A stretch of DNA of 61,401 bases, filler included, from Sanchytrium tribonematis (lineage: Eukaryota): assembly GCA_018985235.1 (NCBI GenBank). It is 8 parts of 8 records of this genome, joined end to end, with 100 filler letters (N's around TTAATTAATTAA, not from the genome) between each part and the next. Parts side by side here need not be neighbours in the genome. Positions count along the whole stretch, not along the records: positions 33,818 to 55,342 come from JADGIG010000093.1; positions 55,443 to 58,375 come from JADGIG010000948.1; positions 58,476 to 61,401 come from JADGIG010000949.1; 5 more parts are not named here. One strand, given 5' to 3'. The position numbers were made by a program, and so were the translations under genes. Shown here piece by piece: positions 54,681 through 61,401 of the stretch. How positions within the stretch are numbered: position 1 is the stretch's first letter; every line of letters begins with the position of its first letter. Below the pieces are notes generated by a model. The model saw only the letters and a list, made by a program, of their open reading frames with translations. It had not been told where the DNA came from and did no database searches.

Positions 54681-55342
54681 TTATTCCTGAACGTCCAAAA
54701 CCGAATGAATAACTAATTTAGCAAGAAAAACCTGTCCTACACATAGGGCATTTTTGTTGCTGCTTGGAAAGCAATTCACCGCAGTCTACGCATGTGCATA
54801 AATGTCGACATGGTAACACTATCGAGCTTCTTGGAGCTGCCATGCAAATGACACAATCATCTAATTCTCCTTCACCATTTTCTACACCATAAATGTCATT
54901 CATGTATATCCAGATTCCATCAAAATTGACTTTTTGATAAACATTGTTGAAGGAACCATCTATTAAATTGACGCTAAAGAGTGACATCTGAGAATTTGCA
55001 TGGAAGGGGGCCTTGTCTTCATCTATACTTGCCAATATATGAACGTAAATGGCATCTGACTTATCAAGATTAGAGATATCAATTTTGCAATCAAATTGTT
55101 TCTCGATATTTCGACTGGTTATGATAAAAGTTGAACTGTTACATTTTGGACTTATCTTTTGCGAGTCTTTTATAATTAAATTAGAAATTATAACTGATAT
55201 GTGTATGGAATCATAAGTTGATAATATTTCTGCATTAATTTCTACTTGATTTTGGTTTTTTATTAGTTTAAATTTATTATTTAAACAGAGATCTACATTT
55301 AATTGAACAATTCCAGTTGAATAGACATCATGATTAGATAAT
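54681..55342 (-). CDS. RING-HC E3 ligase, MGRN1/RNF157-like (5'-truncated; exons >55342-54732, 54712-54681)
   Basis: DIYG..CVICM..LPCRHLC.C..C..KCPMCRT-VIHSVLDVQE; frame open to the contig end. Confidence 0.8.
54713..54731 (-). other. 19-nt spliceosomal intron
   Basis: gtttttcttgctaaattag; gives a typical post-RING tail. Confidence 0.75.
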
Positions 55343-55442
55343 NNNNNNNNNNNNNNNNNNNNNNNNNNNNNNNNNNNNNNNNNNNNTTAATTAATTAANN
55401 NNNNNNNNNNNNNNNNNNNNNNNNNNNNNNNNNNNNNNNNNN
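55343..55442. other. Artificial contig linker
   Basis: N44-TTAATTAATTAA-N44. Confidence 0.98.
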
Positions 55443-55678
55443 GAAAAATGATAATGCTATAAAGTTGAAAAGATAGAGTCAAGCACGAAAGAACTAATTT
55501 TAAACTGTAGCTATAATAAACCAACATCGTGAGCAAGCCACACAGAGTCTTTGTTATTTATTTCCTAGTATCGTTCATACCCCCTTATTTTGCACCTTTA
55601 ACAATTATCCTAGTCGGAATTTTGTTTCGCCTAGATTCACGTGTTTTTTAACTTGCGAAAGATTTGAATTTTCAAATT

Positions 55679-56377
55679 ATGGCTTTCAAATCGAAGCAAT
55701 CAAGAATTCTTGCTGTGGGTGTACCTCTACGCTCCAGATCGATGAGAATCCGAAAGAAAGGTCTTTACAAAAGAAAACCAGTTGGTAAGACACCTGCTAA
55801 AAAAGCAGAGGAAATGACCAAAACTAAAACTTTTGGCAAAGGAAAGCGTGAAGTAGCATTATTCTCTGTTCCAACTTACAAATTTGAGGAAGTTCCAACC
55901 AAAAAGCTCGTAAGAAAAGCTCAACGTCAATCAAAGCTTAGATCTTCCATTTCTCCAGGTAGAATTGCTATTGTCTTGGCTGGACGCTACAAAGGAAAGA
56001 GAGTGGTAATACTTGGACAACTAGACAGTGGATTGGTTCTTGTAACGGGACCTTTCAAGTTGAATGGGCATCCATTGAGAAGAATTCCACAGACTTATTT
56101 ACTCGCGACCAGCACCAAAGTTGAAATTTCTGTTGACATTTCCAAAGTAAAAGATACTCTGTTTAAAAAGCCGGTCACTAAAAAGCAAACTAATGAGGCA
56201 GCTTTTTTCGAAGATAAAGTCTCTGAAATCAAACTTAATGAAGAGTATGTGAAATTGACAAAAGAAATTGATATCAAAGTCACTGAGGCCATTAAAAAAA
56301 TCCCTAGTTTGGCTAGTTATCTGAAGACCCACTTTTCGCTTGGCAAAAAAGACTTCCCTCATAGAATGAAGTTTTAA
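55679..56377 (+). CDS. RPL6: 60S ribosomal protein eL6
   Basis: LRSSISPG..GRYKGKRVV..VTGPFKLNG.PLRR..PHRMKF; intronless. Confidence 0.92.
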   Translation: MAFKSKQSRILAVGVPLRSRSMRIRKKGLYKRKPVGKTPAKKAEEMTKTKTFGKGKREVALFSVPTYKFEEVPTKKLVRKAQRQSKLRSSISPGRIAIVLAGRYKGKRVVILGQLDSGLVLVTGPFKLNGHPLRRIPQTYLLATSTKVEISVDISKVKDTLFKKPVTKKQTNEAAFFEDKVSEIKLNEEYVKLTKEIDIKVTEAIKKIPSLASYLKTHFSLGKKDFPHRMKF

Positions 56378-56444
56378 ATAAACCAACTTATATGTGATTT
56401 CCCTTTTTTCCCAAGGTATTTGTTGCATTTTGATAGGAGTGTAC

Positions 56445-57467
56445 ATGGAGTTTTTAAGAAATTCAGCAGGCAAAATACCACAGAACGTAGAATTGCTGAT
56501 CAATCAATGGATATTATCGTCTAGTAAGACACAATTAAGATCAGACTATCTCAGGCTTCAAAATTCTAAAGAAAACCCTAATGAATTCATTCAATATGGA
56601 GACCGAGAAACACTAGCGTACCTTGCAGGTTATTTTCCATCTATCTATAATCAAAACATGTCAGTATTCAAGCAATTAGCTACTTTCGATGCGAAATATG
56701 ATTCTGTGTTAGACTTTGGAAGTGGGCCCGGCACTAGCTTAATTTCATTAGTGAATTCCGGATTCAACTTTAAATCTATGACAGCTCTTGACTTGTCAGA
56801 ATCCATGTTAGATAAATGTCAAGAAATTGGAAAAGCATTGAACCTTGAAATTAAATTGACAAAGAACATCGGCCTTGGCGCATTTGATTTGGTAACAGCA
56901 TCACATTTACTTTCGAATATACTTCCTACTCTACGGAAGTCCTTACTGGAGATATTATGGCAAAAAACTAATGGCACCTTAGTTTTGATAGACAGAGGCA
57001 ATCCATCCATGTTCCAGCTATTCGCAGATTTTCGTCAAAATATATTGGACAAAAAGGAAGGCCAGGTACTCGCACCTTGTACACACAACGGAATTTGTCC
57101 ATTGCACAATATTTTGCCAAATGAAAGGAAGTCTTGGTGTCACTTTGCGCAGAGAACGGTCAGACCAGAATTTACCAAGTTAACAAAGCATTCAATTCAC
57201 GACTGCGAAGATACAAAGTTTACATACTTGATTATAAGTAAATTTGTTCAGCCGCAGTTAAATAAGTCGAGAATTATTCAGCCCCCGTTGAAAAAAGGCG
57301 GACACGTCTTACTAGATATATGCGAGGATTCTAGTTTAAAAAGAGTAAGTGTTCCTAAATCGCTTGGCAAAGATTATTATTATAGTGCGAGAAAATCTAG
57401 GTGGGGCGACTTGTGGAATTATCCTTATAAATCAGTTGTAAAATATTTTAATAAAAATGTGGCTTGA
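56445..57467 (+). CDS. RSM22: Rsm22/METTL17 mitoribosome assembly factor
   Basis: VLDFGSGPGT, APCTHNGICP, CHFAQR, GHVLLDIC and ARKSRWGDLW motifs. Confidence 0.88.
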   Translation: MEFLRNSAGKIPQNVELLINQWILSSSKTQLRSDYLRLQNSKENPNEFIQYGDRETLAYLAGYFPSIYNQNMSVFKQLATFDAKYDSVLDFGSGPGTSLISLVNSGFNFKSMTALDLSESMLDKCQEIGKALNLEIKLTKNIGLGAFDLVTASHLLSNILPTLRKSLLEILWQKTNGTLVLIDRGNPSMFQLFADFRQNILDKKEGQVLAPCTHNGICPLHNILPNERKSWCHFAQRTVRPEFTKLTKHSIHDCEDTKFTYLIISKFVQPQLNKSRIIQPPLKKGGHVLLDICEDSSLKRVSVPKSLGKDYYYSARKSRWGDLWNYPYKSVVKYFNKNVA

Positions 57468-58280
57468 ATGGAAACAGAAATTTTATTAATTCCTCAAGGA
57501 GTAAGAAATATTGGTACCAAGTCAGTAACATTGAGAGAAAATATTGAGAAAATCATTGGGAGAGCTGGCAATAAGGTTGATATCAGTTATAATTCTAAAG
57601 TGATTAGCAGGAAACATGCCGTGTTTTTATTTAAAAATGAGAAGATATACATCCAAGATTGTGGTAGTAGCAGCGGCACTTTTGTTAATATGAAAAGAAT
57701 TTCACCAATTGGACAGCCTAGCGACTTATACGAAATAAAAGATGAGGATATCTTACAATTCGGGGAAACCTATCAGCAAAACGATGTTATTCATCAATGT
57801 GTTCAAGTCAAATTTTACTCTAAATTAACAAACGAAGAGTCATTAAGCCAAGATGTGATAGAGAAAATCAATAATGAATACAAGCTCAACTGCAAAGTGT
57901 TAGATGACAAATCTGATCTTAAAGGAATTTTCTTCAATAGAAGCTCTAATAAGAAGAACGGTTCCCTTCGCAAAGTAACAACAGATGAATTTCGAAATCT
58001 TCAGGTGAAATATACTCTGGATCCACTAATCAATGATACTGACATGGCACTTTTTATGATTGCGGAAGACCTACTTACTGGCTATCCAGATGTGCAAAAA
58101 TCTGTAATTGATAAGATTAAGAACTCTCCACATAATACAAAGGATCCTTCTACCGGTTTCTTTCGGCGAAAGAGTGAGATAAACTCGTTCGGCCAAAGTA
58201 ACACAATTCAGCGAAAAGAAAAACCTGAAAAGATTGTTGAGCAACAAAGTGGAAATCTTAATCTTAGTCCGATTTTTTAA
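57468..58280 (+). CDS. FHA-domain protein
   Basis: IIGR..SKVISRKHA..DCGSSSGTFVN..DILQFG. Confidence 0.8.
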   Translation: METEILLIPQGVRNIGTKSVTLRENIEKIIGRAGNKVDISYNSKVISRKHAVFLFKNEKIYIQDCGSSSGTFVNMKRISPIGQPSDLYEIKDEDILQFGETYQQNDVIHQCVQVKFYSKLTNEESLSQDVIEKINNEYKLNCKVLDDKSDLKGIFFNRSSNKKNGSLRKVTTDEFRNLQVKYTLDPLINDTDMALFMIAEDLLTGYPDVQKSVIDKIKNSPHNTKDPSTGFFRRKSEINSFGQSNTIQRKEKPEKIVEQQSGNLNLSPIF

Positions 58281-58375
58281 TAAACATTTGACAAAATATG
58301 TAGAATAGTTCAACCAAAAAATCTAAATGATCTTTTTTCTATACCATTCATTAATATCCTAAACATTTCCCAGGA

Positions 58376-58475
58376 NNNNNNNNNNNNNNNNNNNNNNNNN
58401 NNNNNNNNNNNNNNNNNNNTTAATTAATTAANNNNNNNNNNNNNNNNNNNNNNNNNNNNNNNNNNNNNNNNNNNN
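58376..58475. other. Artificial contig linker
   Basis: N44-TTAATTAATTAA-N44. Confidence 0.98.
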
Positions 58476-58757
58476 AAATCACCCGGTATTTGTTTATGGC
58501 AGGGCTGCGGATATCAGTCTATTGGATGCAATAATATGGGAAATCATGTTCGTAAGCATTTTGAGTTGACAGAGGGTATTTGTGTGGTTTGTCGTAAAAA
58601 ATTCAAATGGAAATTTGATCTGAAAAAGCATCTCAAGTCATTTCATGCTAAAGACAATATGCACACATTATTATTAGATGCAGAAGGGGAAGTGATCATC
58701 ATTGCTGAAGAAAAAAAGCAGCCACAACCCGGATCTATCGAATTCTTACTCAACTAG
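58476..58757 (+). CDS. C2H2 zinc-finger protein (5'-truncated)
   Basis: CLWQGC..HVRKH and CVVC..F..L..HLKSFH fingers; SIEFLLN tail. Confidence 0.75.
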   Translation, partial: KSPGICLWQGCGYQSIGCNNMGNHVRKHFELTEGICVVCRKKFKWKFDLKKHLKSFHAKDNMHTLLLDAEGEVIIIAEEKKQPQPGSIEFLLN

Positions 58758-59228
58758 ATTTATCAATTTGTGAATAAATAAGTTGTTTGCATCTTTATTG
58801 AAAAAATACTAGCAAACTAAGGTAGAGCGCACTTAAAGTTACTTTATTTTTGATTCAGAAATCTAGTTTGAGTGATTTTGAGGCCAGTAAGGTGGACTGA
58901 TAATTTACAATCTCACTGGTCAATTTATGGATGCCTTACTGTGTTTATAATCTCCACACATAAAATATATGGTCTATTTTGTATCTACTGGCTATACTAT
59001 GGTTCATCTATTGCCATAATCTATACTAAAAACCAACTTTCCAAATTTCAGATCCACTTTAAGACACGGAAAATTCTGGAAATACTCATTTCATCATTAT
59101 TCGTCCCATCTAGCCCCAAATACCATCAATTAATGCCTATTTTCAACTGTTATCCTACCAGCTTCTCAAACAAGCAGGCTCCGCATTTGTTTCAAAAAAT
59201 ATTAAAAACTCCATATTTTATTATTAAA

Positions 59229-60086
59229 TCACAAAACAGTCCCAAATACATGATCCCACAATGTACTTGTAATCCCAAATCCCATATCTGGTGATTTATA
59301 ATGATGTTTCAAATGCAATTGTTTCATCTTCCCCACATGTCCCACGCCCGCGTAATGATGCAGCGCATAATGAAATACATCATAACACACATATCCCATC
59401 TTCGTACCCGCATATAATCCATATAAAAGTGGTTCTGGAATAATCAAACTCGCCAATCCCAATAAAATACCAGTATAAATTAATGCTAAAATGGGAGGCA
59501 TTACCAATCTATACGGGTCCATGGGTGACAAATGATGAATACCATGTAACAAATAATGGGTTAAAATTGCATATGGATGGTCAATTAAAGATTCATCCGA
59601 GTGAAATACAAATCTGTGTAAACAATATTCGATAAATGACCATAAAAACAGCCCAATTCCAAATAAAATACTTGTAAAATAAATGGAATATGGACTATGA
59701 ACAAGTGCATATAAAATACATGGCATCCAGATGATAGGAATCGCATACCATTTGGTTTTACCAAATATTTCTAAAAATGGATTCCCAAATAAAATGACGG
59801 GTTTGGTGGTATGTGATGGATGATGGATTAAATACAAGTATTCGGATTTGTTTAATGTTAATAATTGGGCTAATAATGGTTTGTTTAAATCAATTTTATC
59901 ATGAGATAATTTATCATCTATTTGGAGCATTGAATTCAACATTAATTGGGCATTTTCAGAGTGAAATTCATGAAAAATAGATTTAATATCTTTATTTTCA
60001 TATTCATAAAGATATTCTGGACCACCTGGATGAATATTGATGAAATCATCAATCAAAATGGGTTTGCCATCATAAAACAATTTCAT
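59229..60086 (-). CDS. SCS7: Sphingolipid fatty-acid 2-hydroxylase with cytochrome b5 domain
   Basis: HPGG; His boxes HRFVFH, HGIHH, HYALHH, HLKHH; FGITS.LWD.VFGT; start set at ATG 60086. Confidence 0.9.
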   Translation of the reverse strand: MKLFYDGKPILIDDFINIHPGGPEYLYEYENKDIKSIFHEFHSENAQLMLNSMLQIDDKLSHDKIDLNKPLLAQLLTLNKSEYLYLIHHPSHTTKPVILFGNPFLEIFGKTKWYAIPIIWMPCILYALVHSPYSIYFTSILFGIGLFLWSFIEYCLHRFVFHSDESLIDHPYAILTHYLLHGIHHLSPMDPYRLVMPPILALIYTGILLGLASLIIPEPLLYGLYAGTKMGYVCYDVFHYALHHYAGVGHVGKMKQLHLKHHYKSPDMGFGITSTLWDHVFGTVL

Positions 60087-60355
60087 GTTTGAAAGGGGCA
60101 AATATTTTTTGACTCGGATGATCAAGGCGATTGATGGACGTGTAGACGGGATGCCATCTATCTCGCCATATCTAAAGTGGATTGAGATGTCATGGCAATT
60201 GGAAAAGACTAAAATCAGCAATTAATAATATCATTTGTTTTATTTGAAATAATTAAAGTTACGAATTGATACAAATAAAATCTCCATATTCTCGATATTA
60301 TCAATATATTTTCTATTTTAATCAATAAATATTCATTGAAATTACCCATCTTCAA

Positions 60356-61401
60356 ATGCACGCGCTACTTTTTACATTATTTGGGGCAGCGTCTTTAGAT
60401 TGCCCAGTCGTCGTCCAGCTATCAATAGATTTCGAAATCAAATATAGTTATCCTGATTATCACCAGCAATATGAACAAGATTGTTGTTTGGGAAGAGGAG
60501 TCAAATGTGAAAATGACCGAGTTGTAGAATTACATTGGTCATTTGCTTACAACAACAATGTAAATCTGTATCCAGTCATCACATTACCACCTAAATTACG
60601 CGTATTGGACTTGGTTTCATGTCAAAAAACCATAAAGATTCAAAATTTACCAGATTCTCTAAAAGTATTAGATTTGGGATATATGTATGATACTAAGCTA
60701 GAAATAAGTGCTTTTCCAAATCTGACTTATTTTAGATGGACGTATAGCAATATGTCTAGTCTCCCACGGTTGCCAGATTCTCTTGAAAATATTCAACTTT
60801 ATTACAGTTTTGACTACAAAATGCCACTTGACGTAAGCAATTTGAAGAATTTATATAATGCAAATGGTTTTTCTACAGATAAACGGCCATTTCCTACTCT
60901 GCCAGAGACAATTGAATATTTAGATTTGTCGAATTGTGATTTGTATGGTCCCATCTCCTTGGATTTTAAAAGCATTCGATCTTTGACCTTGTATATGAAC
61001 AAGCTGACAGGCAATCTCACTATATCATCGCCAAACATCACCACTTTGGAAATTTATAGAAATGATTTTGATAGATTATTTATCTCGCATTATGAGAAAA
61101 TTACTTATTGTAGAACCGAGCAAGTTTACTTTGACCCAGATAATCAAAGCGAGTTAGTAAATTTACAATCAAAAGGCTGCTCTATAAGCGTCAGATCGGC
61201 TCCTTCACAAGATTGTCCAAATTTGATTTTGTTTTTCAAACAATTAAATGTTGATTCAGCAAAACCGGAATACTATGATTATATTTCTAACCAAGTGAAT
61301 TGTTGTGATGATAAATATCAATATACAATATGCTACGGTAATCGAGTGAGTGATATTGAAATGTCTTATTTTCATTTGAATGGCACACTTAATAGCACGC
61401 T
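60356..61401 (+). CDS. LRR receptor-like protein, same family (runs off the window; absent from ORF track)
   Basis: MHALLFTLFGAASLDCPVVVQL..DCC..C..RVVEL, LPxxLxxLDL repeats, second DCPNL..NCC..LNGTLNST cap; no stop seen to the window end. Confidence 0.8.
   Translation, partial: MHALLFTLFGAASLDCPVVVQLSIDFEIKYSYPDYHQQYEQDCCLGRGVKCENDRVVELHWSFAYNNNVNLYPVITLPPKLRVLDLVSCQKTIKIQNLPDSLKVLDLGYMYDTKLEISAFPNLTYFRWTYSNMSSLPRLPDSLENIQLYYSFDYKMPLDVSNLKNLYNANGFSTDKRPFPTLPETIEYLDLSNCDLYGPISLDFKSIRSLTLYMNKLTGNLTISSPNITTLEIYRNDFDRLFISHYEKITYCRTEQVYFDPDNQSELVNLQSKGCSISVRSAPSQDCPNLILFFKQLNVDSAKPEYYDYISNQVNCCDDKYQYTICYGNRVSDIEMSYFHLNGTLNST

Noticed and set aside
991..54731. Stop-codon reassignment or programmed frameshifting as the cause of split genes
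   Set aside because: Splits are frame changes fixed exactly by 19-nt GT-AG removal, and TAA, TAG and TGA all terminate genes normally.
56416..56436. 21-nt GT..AG upstream of RSM22
   Set aside because: No A at -6 and no coding constraint to support it.
58872..59294. 140-aa GTG-start ORF
   Set aside because: No motif, non-ATG start and overlaps the SCS7 3' end; cannot support it.
60087..60221. N-terminal extension of SCS7 in the ORF track
   Set aside because: Begins at a non-ATG codon; the b5 domain starts at ATG 60086 right after CCCCTT.

Overview
Eukaryotic DNA: eight unrelated contigs joined by seven artificial 100-nt linkers (N44-TTAATTAATTAA-N44). It comes from a very compact, AT-rich genome using the standard genetic code. 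Gene content (TPS2, KEX1, HSP78, ARG5,6, LCL2, SCS7, a fungal-type complex I 14-kDa subunit and the ciliary protein CYB5D1) points to a zoosporic early-diverging fungus or close relative; a sanchytrid-like lineage is my inference, not proven. Two ~21.5-kb contigs hold densely packed housekeeping genes, and six ~2.9-kb contigs hold mostly accessory genes (LRR receptor-like proteins, heme-thiolate peroxidase plus pseudogene, DUF2235, 7TM-RGS). The main discovery is a miniaturised gene-expression grammar. (1) All 12 introns I could reconstruct are exactly 19 nt, GT..AG, with an invariant T at position 12 and A at position 14 (branch A at -6); none lies in the first ~30% of a gene. (2) An orientation-independent C[C/T]CCTT element lies 3-20 nt from many start codons. 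(3) AATAAA is fused to stop codons, and genes sit as little as 0-26 bp apart or overlap. Also notable are a bacterial-type queuosine-precursor transporter (YhhQ) and a motif-dead ABCC transporter remnant. All assignments come from motif recognition by eye; no database searches were run.
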